64,000 nt of DNA from Candidatus Calditenuaceae archaeon HR02 (GCA_002898395.1 BEHE01000012.1:10818-74817), one strand, 5' to 3'; positions 29,450 to 39,524 are shown, counted from the stretch's first letter. The notes: a model not told the origin generated them from the letters alone. Program-made: numbers and translations.

Positions 29450-30277
29450 TTGCTGAGAGATGTTGTAGGCGAGGCGCTGCGGGCAGCTAGAGATGCGTTG
29501 TTGGACACTATTAGCAGAGGGAGTGTCGGCGAGCCGATGGGGCGCGGAAGCTACGGTGACATCTCATATAGGGGCGATTTGGTCTGTGAGAGGGCTATTG
29601 TTGACGTGTTAAATTCTCGTCTAGGCAGTGTAGCCATAGTATCGGAGGAGATGGGTGTCGCTTGGAGAGGGACGGGAGAGCCAGAGTATTGGGCCTTGAT
29701 TGACCCAGTTGATGGAAGCGCAAACATGTCTAGGGGGATCAGCTTTTACTCTTCTGGGGTGGCACTAGCCCGCGGCCCCCTTGTCAGGGATGTCCTCTCA
29801 TCAGGCGTGATCGACCATTTAACGGGAGAGATCTTTATAAGAGAAGAGAGATATGTATCCCATAAGACATCTTCAGACCCTTCACGAGCTTCTCAAGAAG
29901 ATGGGGGCAGAGCCACTCTCTTCTTCCACCACGCATCGTTTAAGAGGGACCCTCAGTCACGGAAGATCTCTATCCGGATAGCAGAGCGGCTACGATTTTT
30001 CAGGGTGATGGGATCGGCTCTCCTTGAAATGTGCTATGCGTCTGTGGGGCGTGTTGACGGCTACCTTTGCCTGACGCCGGAGCTTAGGATGATGGATATT
30101 GTGCCAGCGCTATATTTCGCCATGGGCATGAGCTGTAGGAGCGCCTCTTATCCGAGACCTCTACTTGACGAGAGGCTGGATAGTAGGTCGCGCTACGGAA
30201 TAATTATCGGCAGTAAGCAGGACGTATTCGAGGATATAGTATCGATGCTCGGTGATGGCTGGAGTATACTGGTATAG
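29450..30277 (+). CDS. Inositol monophosphatase/FBPase family protein
   Basis: SEE; IDPVDGSAN; RVMGSALLEMCY. Confidence 0.88.
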   Translation: MLRDVVGEALRAARDALLDTISRGSVGEPMGRGSYGDISYRGDLVCERAIVDVLNSRLGSVAIVSEEMGVAWRGTGEPEYWALIDPVDGSANMSRGISFYSSGVALARGPLVRDVLSSGVIDHLTGEIFIREERYVSHKTSSDPSRASQEDGGRATLFFHHASFKRDPQSRKISIRIAERLRFFRVMGSALLEMCYASVGRVDGYLCLTPELRMMDIVPALYFAMGMSCRSASYPRPLLDERLDSRSRYGIIIGSKQDVFEDIVSMLGDGWSILV

Positions 30278-30381
30278 CTCACTCATTTCCCACCTTTTAA
30301 AAGCTCTTCCAGAAACGCTCCCTCCACACAGCTTGGCCCTACAACATCCTTAATAGCCTAAATGCACAAGCACTCTAAAGA

Positions 30382-31161
30382 TTGAGTGACAGAGCCTATG
30401 CGGCACTCGACGAAAAGACGTGGGCTGCCATAAAGAGGCTAGGGCTCTCTGAATACGAGGTCAAGGCGTACATCGCCCTCCTCAAGCTGCGGAGCGGCTC
30501 GGCGAGCGAGGTTAGCGCTGCATCTCAAATCCCAATCTCAAAGATCTACGAGACCCTCAAATCTCTCGAGAGGAAGGGCCTTGTGAAGGTTGAGCGTGGG
30601 CGTCCGATGAGATATATACCGGAGCATCCACAGGTCGCCTCGGAGGCGATTAGGGCGTCAATTGAGAACGGTCTGAAATCAGACCTTGAGGTCTTCGTCT
30701 CCGCTCTGACTCAAATATATGAGGGTGCGGGGCCTGAGCGACCTGACCTCTGGATACTCAGGGGGGAAGCTTCTCTCTGGAGGAGCGTAAAAGATGTTAT
30801 GGGTAGAGCCAACAAGCAGCTCTCTGTTGTCTTACCGATAATACCTCCGGAGATCCAGCAACTCTTGATCTCGACCGCTTCTCTGATAAAGGAGAGGCGG
30901 GGAGTAGTGAGGGTACTGGTCGGACCTCAGGCGGTAGGGAAGGTAGTGAAGACGCTATCCTCCTTGGCCGAGGTTAGAGTAAGGGAGATCTCATTCGCGG
31001 GCGGGGTGATTAATGATGTGTCGGAGGCGGTGCTGTTACTCCTTGCAAGTGGCGAGAACCGTCCTCAAGTAGCGATTTACTCAGCCCACCTCTCCCTTAC
31101 AGCTATTGCACAGCTATACTTTAACATGCTGTGGGAGCATTCAGAAGAGCTTAAGAGCTGA
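30382..31161 (+). CDS. TrmB-family transcriptional regulator
   Basis: LGLSEYEVKAYIALL; IPISKIYETLKSLERKGLV; GRPMRY. Confidence 0.92.
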   Translation: MSDRAYAALDEKTWAAIKRLGLSEYEVKAYIALLKLRSGSASEVSAASQIPISKIYETLKSLERKGLVKVERGRPMRYIPEHPQVASEAIRASIENGLKSDLEVFVSALTQIYEGAGPERPDLWILRGEASLWRSVKDVMGRANKQLSVVLPIIPPEIQQLLISTASLIKERRGVVRVLVGPQAVGKVVKTLSSLAEVRVREISFAGGVINDVSEAVLLLLASGENRPQVAIYSAHLSLTAIAQLYFNMLWEHSEELKS

Positions 31162-31879
31162 GGATGAGCTTTATGAAACGTTTAGAATCTCTCTCCATGC
31201 TCACATTGTTGAATAAAACATAGATCACATCTCCATCATACCCCCTAATCTTCCTATGGAGGGTGGCTAGGTCGTCATCAGTGTAGGAGTAGTTGTACAT
31301 GGTTTTTCCAGGAGGGCTACCGTGCAGCCTAAGATATACCGTCCTATGCTTACCTAGGGTGACGGGGTCTTGGAGGAATGGGTCGGTCACGTGAACAAGT
31401 CCTGCCCTTCTACATATCTTAGCGATAGCGTCGAGCGACCAGCCCCTTGCCTCGAACCCGATGTCAAACACCCCACGCTCCACGTTTGAGAAGAAGGTCT
31501 CCGCATTTCGTACATTCTCCGGCGTATCCCTGAATGAGCTAGGAGTTTGGATTAGGCAAAATGGGGACCTCAACTCAGCACAAATAGTCTTCGTGATGTT
31601 CCATGATTCGTAGACCTCTTTTGTGGGCTGAAGGCCGCCGTGGTTTTTGGTTGGCCTGATGTTTGCACGCCGCCAAGTGGGGCTTGAGGGAGGATGGGTT
31701 ATTCCTTGGAACGCTTTGACGGTGAAGAGGAAGTCTTCTGGGGCTTGGCTTCGCCACCTTCTAACTGTTTCAAGTTTCACAACCCTATAAAAGGTTGCTT
31801 GGAGCTCGACAAGCTTATACTCTTTCATGTAGGCGCTCATAGATTTTGTAAATCCACAGCACCCCACGAGTATCTTCAA
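31151..31879 (-). CDS. DUF72-family protein
   Basis: VGCCGF; VELQATFY; FTVKA; YLRLHG; YVLFNN. Confidence 0.92.
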   Translation of the reverse strand: MKILVGCCGFTKSMSAYMKEYKLVELQATFYRVVKLETVRRWRSQAPEDFLFTVKAFQGITHPPSSPTWRRANIRPTKNHGGLQPTKEVYESWNITKTICAELRSPFCLIQTPSSFRDTPENVRNAETFFSNVERGVFDIGFEARGWSLDAIAKICRRAGLVHVTDPFLQDPVTLGKHRTVYLRLHGSPPGKTMYNYSYTDDDLATLHRKIRGYDGDVIYVLFNNVSMERDSKRFIKLILSS

Positions 31880-31882
31880 TCC

Positions 31883-32668
31883 TCACTCCAGCCTCCTTAA
31901 GGCGTCAATCATGTCTTTCACCGACTTAGACCGGCTCAGTATTAGTGGGATTCTGGAGAGCTCCGCAAGCTCTATGGCTAGTTTATCTACTTGCTCGGGC
32001 GCGTGGGGGCCATGCAATGCGACTGCAACTGGTTTAAGAGGGTAGACTCTTACAGCCACCAATGGAGATCTCCCAGTCGAGACGTTCGTGAAGACTAGGA
32101 TCCTCATAGAGGTTAGGCCGAAGATTTGGATAAACTCGGTGGAGTCCATGTATCTTATCGCGGCGATGCTATCCACCACCGTGTATCCATAAACCTCTGG
32201 CTCACGCCCCCTACTTCTCCACAGATACTCACCCTCCATGGCATCAACTATCCTGTCAAGCGTGATTGGGGTGGAGAATTCGCGCAAATCCAGGATAGCT
32301 CTGTGACGCGAGCGGGTGGGGTCTGAGAAGTGTCTAATATTCGCTCCCCCTTTCTCAAGGTCTATAGATATCAAACTTTCGACATATCGGCCCACAAACT
32401 TAATACCGGGAGACCTCTTGCCTTGCTCATAGTCGCTGAGGACTGAGGGGGAGACGCCCATACGCGCTGCAACTTCACGCTGCTTTTCTCCAAATAGCTG
32501 TCTCCACTTCTTCATAGCCACTCCCGGAGACTTAGATGTCGCAATCTCGCCTGCAATCCTCACTTTCACAGCCTCTATATCCTCAGCACTAACGATTCGC
32601 TCCTGGTTACCTACTCCCCCCACGCCGAGTATATCTTGCCGACTTCCTTGAAAATAGGTTTTTAGCAT
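31883..32668 (-). CDS. Archaeal XRE-type HTH regulator (COG1709-like); start uncertain
   Basis: RIAGEI..SPGVAMKKWR; SPSVLSDYE; GYTVVDS; FTNVSTGRSP. Confidence 0.85.
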   Translation of the reverse strand: MLKTYFQGSRQDILGVGGVGNQERIVSAEDIEAVKVRIAGEIATSKSPGVAMKKWRQLFGEKQREVAARMGVSPSVLSDYEQGKRSPGIKFVGRYVESLISIDLEKGGANIRHFSDPTRSRHRAILDLREFSTPITLDRIVDAMEGEYLWRSRGREPEVYGYTVVDSIAAIRYMDSTEFIQIFGLTSMRILVFTNVSTGRSPLVAVRVYPLKPVAVALHGPHAPEQVDKLAIELAELSRIPLILSRSKSVKDMIDALRRLE

Positions 32669-32691
32669 GCCACCCCTACAGACTCTTAGAA

Positions 32692-33213
32692 TTGAAGGCG
32701 AAGAACTATCGGACGATGGAGAGGCCTTTCACTAGGGTAGACTATATCCATGGCGCGCCCCAAGCTAGGCTTGCAAAATACGATTACGGGGCATGGCAAA
32801 GCAACTACGAGTATAGGTTAAGACTGGTAGCTAGGGAATCTGTTCAGATAAGAGACGTGGCGCTCGAGTCGGCTAGGGTGGCTGCAGGTAAGATGCTCTC
32901 CCAGAAGATAGGTACAAACTTTTACCTGATAGTAAGAGCCCATCCACACCACGTACTTAGGGAGAACAAGATGATTTTTGGGGCCCACGCCGATAGGCTC
33001 CAGGAGGGTATGAGCAGGGCTTTTGGACGGCCTGTGGGCAGGGCTGCCCAGGTAGAGGCGGGTGAGGATGTTCTTGAACTATATGTCTATGGGAAAGATA
33101 TCGAGCTAGCCAAGCAGGCAATAAAGGTAGCTGCCTCTAAGCTGCCCAAATCCTACAACATTGTATTAGAGAGGCTGGAGACGAGAATCCAGGAGCCCCA
33201 AACAGCTAGCTAG
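32692..33213 (+). CDS. rpl10e: 50S ribosomal protein uL16 (L10e)
   Basis: ALESARV; HPHHVLRENKM..GAHADRLQEGMSRAFGRP. Confidence 0.97.
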   Translation: MKAKNYRTMERPFTRVDYIHGAPQARLAKYDYGAWQSNYEYRLRLVARESVQIRDVALESARVAAGKMLSQKIGTNFYLIVRAHPHHVLRENKMIFGAHADRLQEGMSRAFGRPVGRAAQVEAGEDVLELYVYGKDIELAKQAIKVAASKLPKSYNIVLERLETRIQEPQTAS

Positions 33214-34123
33214 GCCCTCCCAATAGGGAGACTAGCAGGGCGGCAGAAGTATGCATCCTGTACTCGGCCTGTAGGAAGATTATCGAGCGGTCCGACTCTA
33301 CTACTTCGTCTTCCACCTCCTCCCCCCTCCTGATAGGCATACAGTGCATGAACTTGGCCCCTGTCTTAGCCTTCTCGAAGAGTTTCATGCTCACACGGTA
33401 GCGAGGGAGGAATTCGCGGAGCCTAGCCTCATACTCGCTCTCCATCCCCATAGAGACGAAGACATCTGTATAGATGAAGTCGGAACCTACTACCGCCGCC
33501 TCAGGGTCCTCCGTAAACTCCACCGAGCCACCCACAGAGGAGGCCACCTCCTTATACAGCCGTATCTCATCTGGTGGTAGCCAATACTTATGAGGTGACG
33601 CTACGGTGATTTGAATCCCCAGTAAAGCACATATCTGTACTAGTGATCTACAGACATTTCCGCAGTCTCCAATGTATGAGACCTTGAACCCCCAGCCACC
33701 CGCATCCTCATACATCGTAGCCACGTCAGCCAAGGCCTGGCATGGATGGTGAAGGTTTGTGAGTGCGTTTATCACGGGCTTCTCGGAGTACTTTGCGATC
33801 ACCTCCAAGGAAGAGTGGGAAGCGAGCCGCGCAACTATTGCGTCTACGTACCTGTTGAGAACCCGGGCAGTATCTTTTAACGGCTCGCCTCGGGCTAGCT
33901 GGAGCTCAGAGGCGGGGAGGTAGATTACCTCACCTCCAAGCCTTAGAACGGCGGAGCTGAACGAGACTCTAGTCCGCGTGGAGGGTTTTTCGAAGAGCAG
34001 GGCAATGACCTTACCACGCAGTGGATTGCCGATATAACCATCCCGCCTAAACCTCAGGGCTAGCTCAATGATATTTAGGAGCTCACCCCTAGAGGCGTCG
34101 AATATCTGGAGAAAGTGTTTCAA
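33206..34123 (-). CDS. argF: Ornithine carbamoyltransferase
   Basis: FEKPSTRTR; HPCQALAD; TDVFVSMG; HCMP. Confidence 0.93.
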   Translation of the reverse strand: MKHFLQIFDASRGELLNIIELALRFRRDGYIGNPLRGKVIALLFEKPSTRTRVSFSSAVLRLGGEVIYLPASELQLARGEPLKDTARVLNRYVDAIVARLASHSSLEVIAKYSEKPVINALTNLHHPCQALADVATMYEDAGGWGFKVSYIGDCGNVCRSLVQICALLGIQITVASPHKYWLPPDEIRLYKEVASSVGGSVEFTEDPEAAVVGSDFIYTDVFVSMGMESEYEARLREFLPRYRVSMKLFEKAKTGAKFMHCMPIRRGEEVEDEVVESDRSIIFLQAEYRMHTSAALLVSLLGGPS

Positions 34124-34158
34124 ACCTACTTCTCACAGTGTCTGGCTCTTTTTAAAAT

Positions 34159-35414
34159 TTAGTTCCTGCTTGAACCCTTCAACAGGCCCGCTACCCCTCC
34201 GAACGTCTTCAGAAACATTTCCCCAGACTCGTGTGCTGCTGAGATAAGCTCAACCTTCGTGTTCGTCTCCTCGGCCTGTCTTATAAGCATGTCAACAAGG
34301 TTCTCCTGACGGTTCAGTTTGAAGCCCTGAACCCCACATTTTGGACATTTTTGGGACAGCTTCTCTGGTAACAAGGAGACGAGGTCTTCTTCACCGAGAG
34401 TTTCAGATACCGCGTATCCGCAGTTGGAGCAGCTATAAGTGACTTCGACGAGGTCTAGCTCCTCACTTACGAGAAGTAGCTCCAGCTGCCTCTCCCGAAG
34501 AGCCTGTCTAATAGAGTCCAGGCCGTAGATCACCGTGTTCTGCGTCGTGGCCCGTCTCATCAAATCATCGACCAGTCGCCTCTCCTTCACTAGTCTGAGG
34601 TTGGACAGGATGTCAGCTGCCCTGTCTATTGCTTCCCTTACACCCTCTTCACCAGCATACGATGTATCGATCACATGTATTTTATCACGTAAGGCGTAGT
34701 GGAGTTTCCCCTCTTTCGCGAAAACCTCCTTGGTTGGGCCTGGTCCAGCAATGATTATAGCCTTGAGATCGGGGTAGTTTAGAAAGATCTCGTTCGCGTG
34801 TTCGGCAAGCCGCGCATAGTAGTCTTGGAGCGCCTGCTCTCTTAGCCGCTCGAACCTCCTAGCTGACTGGCCACCCGCCCTATGTTTGCCTGGAATGCCG
34901 CTCGTATACGTTCTCAGCTCTATGATCGACTTTCCGCGTAGGACGGCTACTGCAGCATCCTCATTATCCATCGCGATTATGCCATATGTTTCCTTCTCTT
35001 TTAGAAGGTCCTTCAGGGGATCGAGGTAAAATTTCGAGTCGCAGCGGTAGAGGAAGAAGTTAATGGGCTGGGGCGGGTGAAGGTGGTATACCTCGATCTT
35101 CTCCGTACCCTCACCATTCTGTGGTATAGCCCCACTGAATATGATGAGACCGTTGGGGCCACTGTCGTTGAAGAGCTTTAGCCTCTGGATGGCGCTCTCT
35201 ATGGCGTCCATTACCGCCTTCCTAGTACCCTTAGACTTGATGTTAGAGGCGGTTGAGAGCTCCTGCCTCAGGTATCCTATAACCTCGTCTATCCTCTTCC
35301 CAGGCGGTATGTAGAGTGTTACTAGCTCTGTTCCGCGCCCCTGCCGAGACTCTAGAAACTCTATGAAACGCCTGAACTTGTATCTATCCACGCTATCCCA
35401 TTTCGCTATTCCAT
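34159..35414 (-). CDS. prf1: Peptide chain release factor aRF1; 5' end ambiguous (in-frame GTG 35391, or out-of-frame ATG 35414/35432)
   Basis: GRGTELVTLYIPP; TASNIKS; YRCDSKF; KHRAGGQSARRF; CSNC..CPKC zinc ribbon. Confidence 0.95.
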
Positions 35415-35555
35415 TCCCAATCCCGAATTCATCTGAGTGTAGGCTGAATTTAACTATATTTAAAACTATTTTAACCATTGGTCAACCAGAGTCAACCGGC
35501 TTTAACACTGGCGGGGGATATTTTAATTAGGCAATAGGGGTAACTCGTCTACGAT

Positions 35556-36239
35556 TTGCGACTGGTACTCAAGATTGGTGGACACCTCTTCTCGACCAAA
35601 AATGGCCTCTCAGTAGACTGGATAAAAAATGTAGCAGATATTTTGAGGGAGATCCATTCTGACAATGATAGGTGGGTGGTTGTGGTTGGAGGTGGCGTAG
35701 GAGCGCGGGCCTTCATAGAAGCGGCCAAAAGGTTGGGGGCTGACGAGACAAGGTGTGACGAGATTGCCACCGAGGTAACGAGGATACACGCGTCCCTCTT
35801 TATCCAAGCATTAGGTGAGAAGGCCTACCCTCTAGTTGTCAAGAATATAGATGAGCTGAGGGCCGCACTGGTGGGTAGGGGCATAGCAGTTGCAGGCGGA
35901 TTCTGGCCTGGGCAATCCACCTTCGCAGTGGCGGCCTATTGCGCCGAGACGATAAGGGCTGAGAGACTAATCGTCGCCTCAAATGTAGAGGGCATCTACG
36001 ACAAAGACCCTAAGCTGCACAGCGATGCACGAATAATACCCCGGATAAGCTACGAGGGGCTGAGAAAAATAATGGCCGGAAGCCCACAGCTAGCGGGGGA
36101 GTACAGACTTATAGATAACGTCGGCCTATCAATCTTGGAGCGGAGCAGGATAAGAGTATCCATAATCGATGGACGGGATGTGAGAAATATACAGAGAGCA
36201 ATCCTCGAAGAATATGCCGGAACGATCATTGAGGGCTGA
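35556..36239 (+). CDS. pyrH: UMP kinase
   Basis: VLKIGG; VVGGG; PGQST; VEGIYDKDP; GTII. Confidence 0.93.
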   Translation: MRLVLKIGGHLFSTKNGLSVDWIKNVADILREIHSDNDRWVVVVGGGVGARAFIEAAKRLGADETRCDEIATEVTRIHASLFIQALGEKAYPLVVKNIDELRAALVGRGIAVAGGFWPGQSTFAVAAYCAETIRAERLIVASNVEGIYDKDPKLHSDARIIPRISYEGLRKIMAGSPQLAGEYRLIDNVGLSILERSRIRVSIIDGRDVRNIQRAILEEYAGTIIEG

Positions 36240-36293
36240 ACCATCATTAGTAGTTGGTGATGCTTAAAAAATGGCAGGCCGGGTGTATGTATT

Positions 36294-37331
36294 GTGAGAT
36301 TCGCAGTCGCGGGTGGGGGAGTGGCTGGAAGCTACTTCGCCAACCTCATCAAGGATGTACACGATGTAGCAGTTTTTGAGCGGCAGAGAGCGGAGAATTT
36401 CAGAGCTATCTGTGCTTGGGGAACTAGTAAGCACGAAATGAGGCGCCTAGCCAGACGAATAGGTCTGAATTTCGATGAATACATCCTCCATGAAGGAAAA
36501 GAGATGATCGTTAAGCTACCCGATGGGGACGAGTTCTCCATCAAGCTGAAGGGGCTCTGCACATTTAACAAGAAGAAGTTCATACTAGACATGCACAGCA
36601 GGCTGAAAGTATACTACGGCGTGGACGTAAAAAAAGTGAAGATGGCAAATTTTGACTTGATTGTTGATGCCACAGGGTTTCACAGAGCCCTCCTACCGAG
36701 AATCGCGCGTGACTACTATATACCAACGGTAGAGTATCTTGTGAAGTATAATAACCCACCTATCGAGGACTTCTACCTGATGCCACTAACACACCTAGGC
36801 GGATACCTCTGGTATTTCCCACTCTCCAAAAACCTCGCCCACGTGGGAGTCGGAGACTACTTTAACAGGCATAGGGAGGCTCTAAACGAGTTCATTCGGA
36901 GAAATCCCGGCGAAGTGATTGAAGTGGTAGGGCGTCCGGTTAGGATTGCGCCACCCCACCTCTGCGCACCCATAGTTAGTGATGGCGTGGTTGGGCTTGG
37001 AGAGAGTATCGGTACTGTCCACCCCGTGATTGGCGAGGGCATCATCCCGGGGATGCAGTGCGCTGAGCTGCTGGCCCAGACTATCGATGAGGGGATTGAG
37101 CATTATCCGCTAAAGGTCCTCAAGAGCTTCTCAGTCTTTCACACCATATTTCAGTTTATCAGGAAGGTCCATAACTCTAGCTTCAACTACTTCAGAGACT
37201 TTAAGTTACTCCTGTCTCCCTACCTCTACATGAAGCTCCGGGAAGACAGGTTTGGAATGGAGATCAGGTTAAAGGACTGGCTTAAGATTGTTGAGTTGTA
37301 TCGTAGTAGCCGAGTAGCCACTAAAATATGA
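36294..37331 (+). CDS. Geranylgeranyl reductase-like FAD oxidoreductase
   Basis: GGGVAG; CAWG; VDATG; GYLWYFP; GESIGTVHPVIGEGI. Confidence 0.8.
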   Translation: MRFAVAGGGVAGSYFANLIKDVHDVAVFERQRAENFRAICAWGTSKHEMRRLARRIGLNFDEYILHEGKEMIVKLPDGDEFSIKLKGLCTFNKKKFILDMHSRLKVYYGVDVKKVKMANFDLIVDATGFHRALLPRIARDYYIPTVEYLVKYNNPPIEDFYLMPLTHLGGYLWYFPLSKNLAHVGVGDYFNRHREALNEFIRRNPGEVIEVVGRPVRIAPPHLCAPIVSDGVVGLGESIGTVHPVIGEGIIPGMQCAELLAQTIDEGIEHYPLKVLKSFSVFHTIFQFIRKVHNSSFNYFRDFKLLLSPYLYMKLREDRFGMEIRLKDWLKIVELYRSSRVATKI

Positions 37332-37350
37332 GCGTGCATAAACTATTTTC

Positions 37351-38304
37351 ATGAGGTACAAGGATAAGGGTATGGGTTTCCGGGGAGAGGTCCCAGTTAA
37401 AGATTACACCTTATCAGCCAACACGACAATCAGCAACCTGATAGAGTATTTTGCAGCGTCGGGGGGATTCATGTCCAGCTATATTGCCGAGGGCTGTAGA
37501 ATACTTAGAGAGATGGTTAATGACCGGGAATGTATACGGTGGCTCTCCTTCGTAGGCTCCCTCACAGCAACTGGCTTAAGAGGCGTCTTGGCTAGCATCA
37601 TAAGGCGCGGGGTCTTTAACTATGTGGTCACGACTTGTGGGGCAATTGACCACGATATTGCTAGGAGTCTAAACAACTATTACAAAGGTGCGTTCGAGCT
37701 TGATGATGGCGAGCTCCGCAAGCATGGACTACACCGCATCGGCTCGGTCATTGTGCCTGAGGAGAACTATGGGCACGCGATTGAGCACTTTATACTGGAT
37801 TTGCTGAACGAGCTTTATGACAACGGGGTAAGAGAGATTGGAACTATCGAGCTTGCTAGGGAGATAGGGAGGCGTCTTCCAGAGGGTTCAATTTTAAGGG
37901 CAGCGGCCGAAGCTAACGTGGATGTGGTAGTGCCCGGAATAATGGATGGTGCTGCTGGGACCCAGCTTTGGATATTTCACACCACACACAGAGACTTCAA
38001 GTTGAATCTCTTCAGAGACTATGACAGACTCTCCGAAAACCTTTTCAAGGAGGTGAGAAGGGGCGGCCTGATAATAGGAGGTGGGATAAGCAAGCACCAT
38101 CTTCTGTGGTTGAACCAGTTCGGGGGCGGTTTGGACTATGCAGTCTATATTACGACTGGAAATGAGTGGGATGGGAGCTTGACAGGCGCGCCACTGAGGG
38201 AGGCTATAAGCTGGGGTAAGCTGAAAACCAACGCTAGAAAAGCCACAATCTACGGGGACGCCACCGTGATTATCCCCTTGCTAGCATCTGTTCTCCTGTC
38301 TTAG
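37351..38304 (+). CDS. dys: Deoxyhypusine synthase
   Basis: GGF; TGLRG; IIGGGISKHH; WDGSLTGAPLREAISWGK. Confidence 0.93.
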   Translation: MRYKDKGMGFRGEVPVKDYTLSANTTISNLIEYFAASGGFMSSYIAEGCRILREMVNDRECIRWLSFVGSLTATGLRGVLASIIRRGVFNYVVTTCGAIDHDIARSLNNYYKGAFELDDGELRKHGLHRIGSVIVPEENYGHAIEHFILDLLNELYDNGVREIGTIELAREIGRRLPEGSILRAAAEANVDVVVPGIMDGAAGTQLWIFHTTHRDFKLNLFRDYDRLSENLFKEVRRGGLIIGGGISKHHLLWLNQFGGGLDYAVYITTGNEWDGSLTGAPLREAISWGKLKTNARKATIYGDATVIIPLLASVLLS

Positions 38305-39368
38305 TCTTCCTTAAACACCCAGCTGAGGTCGGGTGGATCTCTCCTTCTGCCAACCTTCTCGTATAGGGCATGGGCTACTAGTGGGAGCCCGATAGTGGCG
38401 TCACAGAAGCATTGGACGGTCATGCTGTCGGGAGCCTCTTTTCCCCAGCTCTTTGCCTCATCTAGGGTGGCACCTGACAGGCCGCCCCAATGGGGGCTGT
38501 CTGTAGTTATTTGTGCAGCGAACCTGTGCGGCCTGTATTTGGATAAGTCACCCGAGAGTAGAACATCTACGGCCACCGCCGCCAGCTGTATAAAGTCCTT
38601 GGGAACTCCACCCCCTATAAAGATTGCAGCACTGTTTGGGAACCTTGACTTTATCTTTACAAGTAATTCATAATCGGCGAAATGATCTATCAATAGTCTG
38701 AAGCTATCACCGTGCCGATACCTGTTAAGGAGGTAGGCTACCCCCATTCCCGAGTCTACAAGAGCGGGTGAGAAGACGGGGACACCGTTCCTCCAAGCCT
38801 CGGTCAGAATACTGTTAATCCCCTTTCCACCAAGCCACGCGCCGAGTCGGTTCAGAAATCCAGCCGAAGAGTATACCCTAGTACGGTCAAGCTGAGCCAT
38901 AAAGTCTGCGAGCAACCTCTCCATCTCGAAGTAGTCCTCGTCCCTTACCAATACGTCGTGGAATCTGTAGATTCCCGCCTTGAACAACTCCCCATCGTCT
39001 AGGTTGGGCTCACCCACATAGTAGTGGGCGCCTAGCGCCTCTACCAGATCTTCAGTAATATTTGCTCCAGTCGATACAAGTACGTCGATGAACCTATTCC
39101 TTATAAGAAATTTCACTATCTCGCTCTGCCCCGTCGTGCTCAGGGATCCCGCTAGACCTAGACATATCACTGTCTCCCTTGTGTTACAGGCGGCCTCCCA
39201 AACCTTTACAACCTCACCTAGCCGGCGTCCCTGAAATCCTGTCATAGCCATTGAATCTAGTAGTTGACTGATCTTTCTCTCACCCACTTCAATCGGCCTC
39301 AACTCTCTAACAAGGAATCTTTTAGCAAGCTCCTCTCTGCTACTCATTACTTCAAATTTTATCCTCAC
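38301..39368 (-). CDS. Deoxyhypusine synthase-like protein, second paralog
   Basis: GFQGRRLG; VSTGAN; GGGVPKDF; DSPHWGGLSGATLDEAKSWGK; CDATI. Confidence 0.9.
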   Translation of the reverse strand: MRIKFEVMSSREELAKRFLVRELRPIEVGERKISQLLDSMAMTGFQGRRLGEVVKVWEAACNTRETVICLGLAGSLSTTGQSEIVKFLIRNRFIDVLVSTGANITEDLVEALGAHYYVGEPNLDDGELFKAGIYRFHDVLVRDEDYFEMERLLADFMAQLDRTRVYSSAGFLNRLGAWLGGKGINSILTEAWRNGVPVFSPALVDSGMGVAYLLNRYRHGDSFRLLIDHFADYELLVKIKSRFPNSAAIFIGGGVPKDFIQLAAVAVDVLLSGDLSKYRPHRFAAQITTDSPHWGGLSGATLDEAKSWGKEAPDSMTVQCFCDATIGLPLVAHALYEKVGRRRDPPDLSWVFKED

Positions 39369-39432
39369 TCTTCAAATAAATATCTTCCTTACATGCTCGC
39401 TGTACTTGGATTGTGTGAGAATTTTCTGGCAG

Positions 39433-39524
39433 TGGGGCCGGTGGGACTCGAACCCACGTCCTCCAGCGATCAGGACCATATGGTTCCCCAGGCTGGCGTC
39501 ATAGCCATGCTAGACCACGGCCCC
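39433..39524 (-). tRNA. tRNA-Pro(GGG) with 17-nt intron (39469-39485)
   Basis: Reverse complement ggggccgtggtctagc..ccagcctgggg|aaccatatggtcctgat|cgctggaggacgtgggttcgagtcccaccggcccca. Confidence 0.9.

Noticed and set aside
35433-35478. ORF-track N-terminal extension of aRF1
   Set aside because: The ATG lies upstream of the best TATA box and the extension runs through promoter sequence
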